A stretch of 64,000 nucleotides of DNA from an uncultured SAR116 cluster alpha proteobacterium (GTDB taxonomy: Bacteria; Pseudomonadota; Alphaproteobacteria; Puniceispirillales; GCA-002684695). The notes under the pieces were generated by a model. That model saw nothing but the letters and a program-made list of their open reading frames with translations, searched no databases and was not told the DNA's origin. The position numbers and the translations under genes were made by a program. Shown in pieces: positions 9,902 through 18,125 of the stretch (its first letter is position 1; the number at the start of each line of letters is the position of its first letter). Location: NCBI GenBank assembly GCA_902539295.1, contig CACBIM010000006.1:36723-100722 (forward strand), given 5' to 3'.

Positions 9902-10579
9902 ATGATTTTATATCTTATCATCTTCCTTGCAATGTCTGTATTGCCTATGCTGTGGCTTAATTACGTTTTTAAGAAGAACGATACAATTTTAGAGAAAATG
10001 CCCTTCAATGGTTTAGAATTTGGTAATCTAATTTTAAAAGAAAGGGGTCTGCAAAATGTCTTGATTGAACAAACTAAAATTGGTGACCATTATGATCTAA
10101 ATGAAAAAAAAGTTAGAGTTTTAAATGAAAGGCTTAATAAAAAAAGTATTACGGCAATATCAATAGTTTGTCATGAAATCGGTCACGCCATTCAACATGC
10201 TGAGAATTTTAAACCACTAGAACAAAGAAATAAAATTGTTAAAAATACAGCCTGGATTACTAGTATTGGAAGTGGAATTCTATATATGGGCATTCCTACT
10301 ATCTTTGCAACAGGAGCTACAAGCTTAATCAAAGTTTGTCTTATAATTACATTATTATCAATGATTATTGGCGTACTAATTCATCTTATAACACTTGATG
10401 TTGAATTTGACGCAAGCTTTAATAAGGCACTACCAATTTTGAAAGAAAAAGTTCCAAAAGAATATCATAATGCTTGCAGATCTATTTTGCTTGCTGCTGC
10501 TTTCACTTATGTTATTGGAACCATTAGAAATTTTTTATCTTTAAGATATATTTGGCTATTATTGACACGCTTAAGATAA
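9902..10579 (+). CDS. Putative neutral zinc metallopeptidase (YugP-like, membrane)
   Basis: DHYD, HEIGHAIQ (HExxH), VEFDAS, AAAFTYV motifs. Confidence 0.85.
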   Translation: MILYLIIFLAMSVLPMLWLNYVFKKNDTILEKMPFNGLEFGNLILKERGLQNVLIEQTKIGDHYDLNEKKVRVLNERLNKKSITAISIVCHEIGHAIQHAENFKPLEQRNKIVKNTAWITSIGSGILYMGIPTIFATGATSLIKVCLIITLLSMIIGVLIHLITLDVEFDASFNKALPILKEKVPKEYHNACRSILLAAAFTYVIGTIRNFLSLRYIWLLLTRLR

Positions 10580-11206
10580 CTGCAAAATTTCAATTGGTTT
10601 TTTTTCACCTGCATCAATTAAAATTGGTATATTATTATAATTCTTAATTATTGGGCAAGACCATTTGCTATTATAAGAGCAGGATGGATTATAAGAAAAA
10701 TTAAAATCTAATCGCAATTCATTTTTTTTGCACTCTCCTAAATCTGCTCCCTTGATAGTATCTATTAAATATCTACCACCCTCATAATTTTCACCCTTAG
10801 AAAAACAACCCATATCAAAAAAAGGCAAAAATAAACCTCCCCCATATCCTAAAATCTTAAAAATAGTTAACTCTGTGTTTATTTTTTCAAAAAGATCAGT
10901 TGTTCTTAAAAACGGCTGAATACGAGTAATTGAATTATCATCTGTTATTAATTCCAATATCTCTGAACTTTCTAAAATCTTATATTTTGATGATAAACAA
11001 AAGTTTGAATTGTATGGATATAAAATTGGAGTAGGATTAGTTCCAGTCTTTCTTTTTGCATTAAAAGTTGGGCTTTCCGGATGGTATCTGAAAAGTTTTT
11101 CTCTTTTATTTTTCCATTTTCTCCATGCAAGTGCACCATTTCTCTCAGCCCTTACATCGGTATAAATTTTGAATATCTCTCTTCTCCACTCTATCAATGA
11201 TAACAT
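10571..11206 (-). CDS. DUF1684 family protein
   Basis: LFLPF.D, Y.GGRYL, LDFNFSYNPSCSYN..WSCP, AGEK. Confidence 0.85.
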   Translation of the reverse strand: MLSLIEWRREIFKIYTDVRAERNGALAWRKWKNKREKLFRYHPESPTFNAKRKTGTNPTPILYPYNSNFCLSSKYKILESSEILELITDDNSITRIQPFLRTTDLFEKINTELTIFKILGYGGGLFLPFFDMGCFSKGENYEGGRYLIDTIKGADLGECKKNELRLDFNFSYNPSCSYNSKWSCPIIKNYNNIPILIDAGEKKPIEILQLS

Positions 11207-11248
11207 TATAAATTTTATCCAAAAATTTCTTATAAGTATTGAAAATTT

Positions 11249-11683
11249 TCAAGCATATAATTTTAAATCGTTTTTCAATTTTAAAGGTATTGGCGATGGT
11301 TTTTTTGTATTCTGGTTTATTAAAACATGAACGAAAAAGCCTTTAGCAGAGGTTTTATTAAAATTATTTTTAAACAATCCAATATCATATCTGATTGAAG
11401 TGTTTCCAATATAATCAATTTTTAAACCAGCAATTATCTTATCAGGGAATGAAATTTCTTCAAAATATTTACAACCCGTTTCTGCAGTAACAAAAATATT
11501 TTTACCAGCTTTTAATGATACAGAGTTTAACTCCATAAGCATTTTATTTATTACAGTATCAAAAAACTCATAATATTTTGCATTATTTACATGCCAACGG
11601 ACATCATTATCATTCCACCTTGTTGAGATTTCACAGAAATACTTATAATCTTGTTTAATTTTTAATTTGTTTTCTAGGGCCAT
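11249..11683 (-). CDS. Acyl-CoA thioesterase (4HBT/YbgC hot-dog fold)
   Basis: TRWNDND..HVNNAKYYEFFDT, GNTSIRY. Confidence 0.85.
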   Translation of the reverse strand: MALENKLKIKQDYKYFCEISTRWNDNDVRWHVNNAKYYEFFDTVINKMLMELNSVSLKAGKNIFVTAETGCKYFEEISFPDKIIAGLKIDYIGNTSIRYDIGLFKNNFNKTSAKGFFVHVLINQNTKKPSPIPLKLKNDLKLYA

Positions 11684-11802
11684 GTAAATCCAGTTTTAAT
11701 TTAATATATAAATATTTAATACAACATTTGCAAAATTTGCATTCTTTGTATCATTAATAATATTTTAATAAGATTTAATTAATTCAAACTTACAGGGTTA
11801 AA

Positions 11803-12744
11803 ATGTCTAGAACAATAATGTGTTCAAAAGATAATTTAGAGAAAAATCTATCTGATAAAATTTATATTGTAACGGGAACAACCTCCGGTATTGGACTTGA
11901 AACTGTTACTCAACTAGCAAAGCAGTCTGCAACAGTAATATGTGCAGCTCGCAATATAGATCTTTCAAAAACTATTATTAATAATATTAAAGAAGAGACC
12001 AAAAATGATAAGATTTCTTTTTTACATCTTGACTTAAACTCACTGCAGTCAGTGAGAGAATTTATCAAACAATTTAATGACAAATTTTCTAGACTTGATG
12101 GTCTAGTTAATAATGCTGGGGTAATGCATACACGAAAACAAAAAACTGTTGATGGTTTTGAATTACAGTTTGGCGTAAACTATCTAAGTCACTTTCTTTT
12201 GACTGAACTACTCATTCCAAAATTAAAAAAGTCAAAAGATAGTCGAATATTACATACTTCAAGTGTAATGCATGAAAGAACGTTAGTTGACCTTGACGAC
12301 TTAAATTATGAAAAAAGAAAATACTCTAGAATTGATGCTTATAACCAATCAAAATTAGCTCAAGTTCTTTATGCGAGGTATCAAGCTACACTTCTTAAAA
12401 AGTCAAACATTACTTCAGTAAGCTTACACCCTGGATGGGTTCAAACACCATTAATTAAACATACCTTACCTGTTTTTTTTCAAGACGTGCTGTTAAAACC
12501 TTTTTTAACTATGGCAGGAATGATAAATGTAAAACTTGGAACACAGACAACATTGCATTGTCTCATTGATCCTAGTGTAACTAGTTATTCAGGGTACTAT
12601 TTCAGTCAATTTGGTATTTATAAAGACAAAAAAAGTAGAGCAGGTGGATGGCCAATGAAAAGTCCTAATAGCCAAGTTTATGACGATCTAACTTGCAAAA
12701 AACTTTATGAAAAATCATTGGAAATGGTTGGATTAAAAAAATAA
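11803..12744 (+). CDS. Short-chain dehydrogenase/reductase (retinol-dehydrogenase-like)
   Basis: TGTTSGIG, NNAG, FGVNYLSHF, YNQSK (YxxxK), LHPG. Confidence 0.9.
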   Translation: MSRTIMCSKDNLEKNLSDKIYIVTGTTSGIGLETVTQLAKQSATVICAARNIDLSKTIINNIKEETKNDKISFLHLDLNSLQSVREFIKQFNDKFSRLDGLVNNAGVMHTRKQKTVDGFELQFGVNYLSHFLLTELLIPKLKKSKDSRILHTSSVMHERTLVDLDDLNYEKRKYSRIDAYNQSKLAQVLYARYQATLLKKSNITSVSLHPGWVQTPLIKHTLPVFFQDVLLKPFLTMAGMINVKLGTQTTLHCLIDPSVTSYSGYYFSQFGIYKDKKSRAGGWPMKSPNSQVYDDLTCKKLYEKSLEMVGLKK

Positions 12745-12784
12745 TCATAAAGTTATAGTATCTATAAAAATTAGGTTTTTAAAA

Positions 12785-13264
12785 TTAAAAACTAAAATAA
12801 AAGGTTATATAAGAACCCCTTTTACTTAAAATATTTTTTTGCAATTTATTCAACAAATAAAGTTTTTTTATTTTTTTTGCACCTAAGTACAGTTTATTTT
12901 TAATAACCTCACTGCCCTCATTTAAGTTATATTTTTTAATAAATAAATTAGTTTTCTCAATCACTAAATTAGTAATTTGAATATCAGTTGATGTTATTAT
13001 TTCCTGTAAAGGTATAAAAAATATTTTTTCATCAATAATTAAAAACAAATTATTGTTGAAAACACCCATTGATTTTCCATGAGTTTTAGATTTTTTGATT
13101 AAAAATTCTTTTTCTTTTGGTGAGGCAAATTCATAAACTTTACCATCTGAAGATATAATTTGTCCACTTTTTATTGTTAAAGAGTTCGATTGCTGAACGT
13201 TAATAAATAAAAAAATTAAAATTAAAATTTTTGGTAATAAATTAAAAAATAAGTTTTTTCTCAT
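12785..13264 (-). CDS. Hypothetical exported protein
   Basis: 159-aa ORF with a basic then hydrophobic signal-like N-terminus; no family recognised. Confidence 0.55.
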   Translation of the reverse strand: MRKNLFFNLLPKILILIFLFINVQQSNSLTIKSGQIISSDGKVYEFASPKEKEFLIKKSKTHGKSMGVFNNNLFLIIDEKIFFIPLQEIITSTDIQITNLVIEKTNLFIKKYNLNEGSEVIKNKLYLGAKKIKKLYLLNKLQKNILSKRGSYITFYFSF

Positions 13265-13413
13265 TAGATTATCTTAAAATTTACCAAAATATAAAATAAA
13301 GATTTCATATTAATTTAAATAGTAAATTTTATGAACTAGTTAACATCTATTGTTAAAAAATTAACAAATTATATTTTTAGTCGTTTCAACAAATAAGATT
13401 TTTTCTAGAGAGG

Positions 13414-13452
13414 AAAAAGACATTTTTAAATTTTGGAATGTCTTTTTTTTTG
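13414..13452 (+). terminator. Rho-independent terminator-like hairpin in a divergent intergenic region
   Basis: AAAAAGACATT (13414-13424) pairs with AATGTCTTTTT (13437-13447); T10 run at 13443-13452. Confidence 0.6.
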
Positions 13453-13516
13453 CAAAACAAGAAATTAAATTAGTAGTATAGATATTTATTAAAATAAAAT
13501 TATTTAGTTCTAGTTA

Positions 13517-14008
13517 ATGAAATGGGGTCCAGCAAAATTGCTATATATTCACATTGCTTCAGCTTCGGCAGAAACAATGCAAGAATCATCAGTTGCGGAA
13601 TTAATAAAAAATAAAGGTATAAGAGGTGACCGATATTTTAAAGGTAATGGCAAATATTCAAATATCCCTGATATTAGAGATGTTACAATTATAGAAAAAG
13701 AGGTGCTTGACGCTTTAGAACAAAATCAACCACCACTTCAAGAAAAAAGTATTATTTTAAAACCTCATGAGCATAGAAGAAATCTGACGTCAGAAGGTGT
13801 CCCTTTAAATTATCTTGTTGGAAAAAAATTTAAAATTGGTGAGGTGATTTTAGAAGGTGGAAGACTAAATTTCCCTTGTAAATATCTTGCGGATTTATTG
13901 AAAAAGCCTTTATTACTGCCTCTGTATAATAGATCTGGATTAAATTGCAAAATAATTAAAAGCGGGATAATTAGACAAAATGACATCATAGAACCTTATG
14001 AAAATTAA
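13517..14008 (+). CDS. MOSC domain protein
   Basis: GIRGDRY, RDVTII, RRNL, PCKYL (conserved Cys), G.IRQND. Confidence 0.88.
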   Translation: MKWGPAKLLYIHIASASAETMQESSVAELIKNKGIRGDRYFKGNGKYSNIPDIRDVTIIEKEVLDALEQNQPPLQEKSIILKPHEHRRNLTSEGVPLNYLVGKKFKIGEVILEGGRLNFPCKYLADLLKKPLLLPLYNRSGLNCKIIKSGIIRQNDIIEPYEN

Positions 14009-14098
14009 ACTAATTATTTTATAAAGCGTCTAATAAATTTGATACAATATTAGAAAATTTTATTTTAAAAAAATTTTGAATTTTAAACTTATATTCAA

Positions 14099-14278
14099 TT
14101 ACTGATTTAAAGATAAAGCAGCATCGTCAATTGCATTTAAAACAAATGAAGTGTCTTCTATTTTATTGGCAAGTAATAGTGAGAGCTTTGCTAAAAATAG
14201 TTTAGCCTTCTCTTCACCTAAATTATCAATTTTGTCAGCAATAGCTTCATATACAATTTCAATTTTATTTTCTGTCAT
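14099..14278 (-). CDS. DUF2783-like small protein (59 aa, missing from the ORF track)
   Basis: Manual translation MTENKIEIVYEAIADKIDNLGEEKAKLFLAKLSLLLANKIEDTSFVLNAIDDAALSLNQ*; overlaps the 3' end of the monooxygenase. Confidence 0.75.
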   Translation of the reverse strand: MTENKIEIVYEAIADKIDNLGEEKAKLFLAKLSLLLANKIEDTSFVLNAIDDAALSLNQ

Positions 14279-15905
14279 GGCTCATTTCTGTTTTAAAAGT
14301 TAATTTATATAATTCTTGAATAATTTTTTCTGGAGTTATGTTTTTCCATCTTGCTGCTATATATCCATCTGGTCTAACTATGTATGCACTTTTATTTTCA
14401 ACGCTCAGAAGTTTCGAAGCTCTAGATAATAAATCTATTAAAACCACAGATATACCATCAGGAATAATTTCATCCAATTTTTTAGATGTGTCTTTATTAA
14501 AACACAAAATTGTAAAGCCTTCTCCTAATAGATCAGTCAAATAACCTGCATCTATTGTAATTTCTGGAAGTAGCTCTCCAGGTTTAGGACCACCTAAAAA
14601 GTTTTCATTGGTATCTTTTATGATGGCTGTACTTTCTGAGTACTTATAAGGAGTAAATTGACGGGGGTTAGCGAGTTCACCTGCAAATTTATGCTTGAGC
14701 GCTAAAGAAAGTGCTGCATCACGCATTAATTTCCAACCATAAGTTGAGGGGGTCATAAATTTTGAAGACTTTGACGAATTGTAAAAAACGTCTATTGTTG
14801 CCCCTCTCCTCTCTGGCGAATAACTATTTAATAATTCTTTTCCAGCTTTATTATTTAAAACCCATCCAAGTTTCCAGCCAATGTTTGCCGCATCTGAAAA
14901 TCCATTGTTTAAACCTCTAACGCCAAAAATAGGTACTATATGAGCACTGTCTCCAACAAAAAAAACCCTTCCGTCCCTGTAGTCATCTAATGCAAGTGTG
15001 TTTGCAGAATAAACACTCCACCACTCTAACTCCCAACTTCCATTATAGTTTAAATCTTTCAAAACTGCTGATACACTGTCACGAACATTATTCTCATCTA
15101 GGGCTTGCTGAGTTTTTTCATTATCGTTTAATTGATAATCAATACGCCAAATATTGTCAGGTTGCTTATGAATTAATACAGTACCACCTCGACGGCAATC
15201 TGGATCAAAAAGTGCACGCCGAATTGTGGGATAATCGTGTTCCATCTTAATATCAACTATTACATAACGACCCTCATAGTTTTCCCCTTTTAATCGGTGA
15301 CCAAGAAATTTTCGGATACTACTGTGCGCTCCATCACACGCAAGAACCCAATTTGAAGACGTTTCATAGATCTCTTCTGGGTCTTTTATTCTTAAAGTAC
15401 ATTCATTTTTTTTCTTTTTTATACCTATAATTTCACTTTGCCAGCGTGTTTCAATAAGGGGGTTTACAGATACTGCATCCCATAGAAATTTTTCAATATA
15501 TTGTTGTTGAATATTATACATTGGACGGAATTTTTCTTCACTACTATCAGGCATTTGAAACTCTAAGATTTTTTGTCCTCTATAAAATGAATGGCCAGTT
15601 GTCCAACCTAAAGATTTTTCCAAAAAAGCTGATGAAACTCCTAATGATTCAAAAATATAAAAACTTGACCTTGCTACACAAATTGCACGACTGCCGTCAT
15701 TGAAAGTACTTTTATTATCAAATAAAACAGATTTAACACCCTCACGCGCTAAAGCTAAAGCTGCAGTCATACCAATTGGACCAGCTCCAACGATAACAAC
15801 TTGAGCATTACTCGTTAAATGATCGCGTTTTTTTCCTTGTGGAGCACTAAAAAAAGGATAATTGAAATAAAGAGATTCATTTTGAGCTCTTCCTGCCGGC
15901 CTCAT
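14265..15905 (-). CDS. FAD-dependent monooxygenase (MhpA/PheA-TfdB-like aromatic hydroxylase)
   Basis: GAGPIG Rossmann motif, ACDGAHS, GDSAH..P.FG.RGLN.G..DA.N, VRPDGY C-terminal domain. Confidence 0.9.
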   Translation of the reverse strand: MRPAGRAQNESLYFNYPFFSAPQGKKRDHLTSNAQVVIVGAGPIGMTAALALAREGVKSVLFDNKSTFNDGSRAICVARSSFYIFESLGVSSAFLEKSLGWTTGHSFYRGQKILEFQMPDSSEEKFRPMYNIQQQYIEKFLWDAVSVNPLIETRWQSEIIGIKKKKNECTLRIKDPEEIYETSSNWVLACDGAHSSIRKFLGHRLKGENYEGRYVIVDIKMEHDYPTIRRALFDPDCRRGGTVLIHKQPDNIWRIDYQLNDNEKTQQALDENNVRDSVSAVLKDLNYNGSWELEWWSVYSANTLALDDYRDGRVFFVGDSAHIVPIFGVRGLNNGFSDAANIGWKLGWVLNNKAGKELLNSYSPERRGATIDVFYNSSKSSKFMTPSTYGWKLMRDAALSLALKHKFAGELANPRQFTPYKYSESTAIIKDTNENFLGGPKPGELLPEITIDAGYLTDLLGEGFTILCFNKDTSKKLDEIIPDGISVVLIDLLSRASKLLSVENKSAYIVRPDGYIAARWKNITPEKIIQELYKLTFKTEMSHDRK

Positions 15906-16035
15906 TTCAGATGTCCATTTTTGATAATTAAAATTAATAAATATAATCTATATAATAATTTGTAAATTCAAGGAAAATTAAAAGGTTTTATGATTGTTTG
16001 TAATTAAAATTTATTTTTCTTACAAAAAATTTAAA

Positions 16036-16236
16036 TTAAGGGTATTCTCTAAGTATAATGTTATTTATTTCATCTTCAGAATAACCTTGATTTTCAAGCC
16101 CTCTTTTCCTCCATGACCTCAAACATTTTTTACAGTAAAAATGCCAAATAAGTTTATTGTCATCAGGTAAAATTACCATTTTACCATCAGCCTCATAAAA
16201 ATCTTTTGAACAATCATTGCATTTTTTTTTAATCAA
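16036..16236 (-). CDS. Small hypothetical protein with two CxxC motifs (about 66 aa)
   Basis: KKCNDC...FYCKKC. The likely TTG/GTG start is at 16236-16248; the track's longer N-terminus merely reads through the tRNA fragment. Confidence 0.6.
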   Translation of the reverse strand: MIKKKCNDCSKDFYEADGKMVILPDDNKLIWHFYCKKCLRSWRKRGLENQGYSEDEINNIILREYP

Positions 16237-16331
16237 TACAAAGCACACCTTTAAACACTTCTTAAAAAAACTAACATTTATTAGTAGGTCAAGTTCTTTT
16301 AAAACTTGATTATATGAAATGATTAATTTTA

Positions 16332-16381
16332 TTGGTAGCGGAGGAGGGACTTGAACCCCCGACACGCGGATTATGATTCCG
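16332..16381 (-). repeat. 50-bp direct repeat of the tRNA-Met 3' part (att site)
   Basis: 16332-16381 is identical to 17986-18035 (TTGGTAGCGGAGGAGGGACTTGAACCCCCGACACGCGGATTATGATTCCG). Confidence 0.95.
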
Positions 16382-16436
16382 TGATTCTATTGTAAAATAT
16401 ATAATAATAACAATATTTTAAGGTAGTTTTTACCCA

Positions 16437-16539
16437 AACTGTCTAACATAACTGTCTAACTTTGTCTGTCAAACTTTCATAATTTACCTTTATTTTTTTT
16501 TCTACTAGACTACGGATTCTAGAAATAATTAGACAGTTT
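16437..16539. repeat. AACTGTCTAAC repeats, putative integrase arm-type sites
   Basis: Direct copies at 16437-16447 and 16450-16460, degenerate CTGTCAAAC at 16466-16474, inverted TTAGACAGTT at 16529-16538. Confidence 0.55.
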
Positions 16540-16809
16540 CAGTAATAGGGAAGTTAAAATCAATTTCTATCAATATTTGAAACAATTTCAAAATTTAACT
16601 AACTCAGAATTTTTTTAATTTTATGTTAAAAAAACATAATTAAAATACTTTAAAAGCAATATTAAAATAAATTTAATTAATATATTTATTAATAACTAAC
16701 CATAAATATTTTATTTTATATTTTATATTTCCTCCCGAAATCAAAAGCAAAACATTAATTTATGGTTAGTACTTAATTATCTTTTTGTTATGTGTTTGTG
16801 AAGGTTTTC

Positions 16810-17163
16810 TTAGTGAGGTATCCCCTCGTCAATTCTACGGTTTTTTATTTGATTTCCATCAAGGTTTAACTTTTTCACTACTGGGTGGTTTTCATCAATA
16901 ACTCTCCAGTAGGGAAAATTAACATCACCCATATTTTGTTCTATTGCTATTCTAAGGAATATCCCTGTTGTTACTGGACATGTATTATCTGCTCCTGTTT
17001 TTTTTGCAAGTTTTCTCCTCAGTTCTTTTATACTAAAAAAAGAACCCTTAGGTATTGCAAAAATAAACTCTGAAATTTTCTCTGGCGATGAAATAAGCAT
17101 TTTCTCTCCAGCAGCAATATCAGAAAATCCTTTGTCTAGAACTTTTACGATATTTCTACTCAA
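16810..17163 (-). CDS. MGMT/alkyltransferase-like (ATL) DNA-binding domain protein
   Basis: IPKG......L...LA helix region, CPVTTGIFL, and PYWRVI in place of PCHRV; AGGAG RBS and TTG start. Confidence 0.7.
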   Translation of the reverse strand: MSRNIVKVLDKGFSDIAAGEKMLISSPEKISEFIFAIPKGSFFSIKELRRKLAKKTGADNTCPVTTGIFLRIAIEQNMGDVNFPYWRVIDENHPVVKKLNLDGNQIKNRRIDEGIPH

Positions 17164-17614
17164 AAATTATCTCCTAAAAACTACACAAACACACAATTGA
17201 AATGCTACTAACTATTCTAAAATTTCCTTACAGATAATTAATCTAACTCTAACCAAAATATCTGCGGAAGGTAAAGAGACTGTTTATAGATTAAGAAATG
17301 GTTGTCAGTTTTGGGGGTAGGTCTTTTATCCTAAACAAATATAAAGAGTCTTGAATGGTGCATCACAATTTTTGCAATTATTCATTTGTCGTGGAACTTT
17401 CTTTTCCAATTACATACGTGTGCATGTCCATAACTTGTCATCATATAGAAATAATTATTGTAAAGAACTCTTACATAAATCTTTAAAAAAAATTATTTAT
17501 TACATTTTAAAATTAATTTAAATTAAGAAAAGTTTTTTATTTATAAATATAAAATTATCAAATAGTTTTAATAAAAACACTACATCAATATTTAATAGTG
17601 GGTAGTTAAAAAAA

Positions 17615-17947
17615 ATGACAGAATTAGAAAAACATAAAAAATTAAATTTTCTTTTTTATAAAATTTTTCGAGAATTATATCAGGGAAAGATAAACCCTAT
17701 TAGCATAGGAGAGGTTGGGAAAATAACAGATATACTAGTCAGTAGTATTTTTTGTAAGTTAAATAATGAGAATTATGATTTGGATTCGGATTTAAAAGAG
17801 GAAGACCTTGATTTGTTAGAAAATGAGATTTTAGTACTTAAGAAACTAATATTTGAGAAAAATAAAGAAGTTTCTAATTGGATGAAAGAACAAAGAAAAA
17901 AAGTTTTAAATAGTGAAGAAGTAAAATTAATTTTAAACGAGGTTTAA
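17615..17947 (+). CDS. Hypothetical protein (islet cargo)
   Basis: 110-aa ORF with ATG start; no family recognised. Confidence 0.55.
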   Translation: MTELEKHKKLNFLFYKIFRELYQGKINPISIGEVGKITDILVSSIFCKLNNENYDLDSDLKEEDLDLLENEILVLKKLIFEKNKEVSNWMKEQRKKVLNSEEVKLILNEV

Positions 17948-17986
17948 ATTTTTTAAATCTCTTAAACCATTGTTTTATTAAAATTT

Positions 17987-18063
17987 TGGTAGCGGAGGAG
18001 GGACTTGAACCCCCGACACGCGGATTATGATTCCGCTGCTCTAACCTGCTGAGCTACTCCGCC
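17987..18063 (-). tRNA. tRNA-Met (CAT), elongator type
   Basis: GGCGGAGTAGCTCAGCAGGTTAGAGCAGCGGAATCATAATCCGCGTGTCGGGGGTTCAAGTCCCTCCTCCGCTACCA, 77 nt, folds as a cloverleaf with encoded CCA. Confidence 0.95.
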
Positions 18064-18125
18064 ATTAGTTTATTATAGACAGTCTCATTAAATCCAACAA
18101 GTCTTTTGGTCAAGTCCAAAATCAA

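Larger units (their letters stand above)
16332..18035. mobile_element. tRNA-Met-anchored genomic islet (1654-bp repeat spacing), no integrase
   Basis: Bounded by the att-like direct repeat; very AT-rich with low coding density; two ORFs. Confidence 0.8.

Noticed and set aside
16249-16365. N-terminal extension MSGVQVPPPLP of the 109-aa ORF
   Set aside because: It is a chance translation of the tRNA fragment and spacer.
16332-16381. Second tRNA-Met gene
   Set aside because: It lacks the D-arm and 5' acceptor strand; it is an att-type fragment.
17326-17454. Possible decayed Zn-ribbon gene on the minus strand (LWTCTRM*...CKNCDAP)
   Set aside because: Short, interrupted by a stop and with no start; could be chance.
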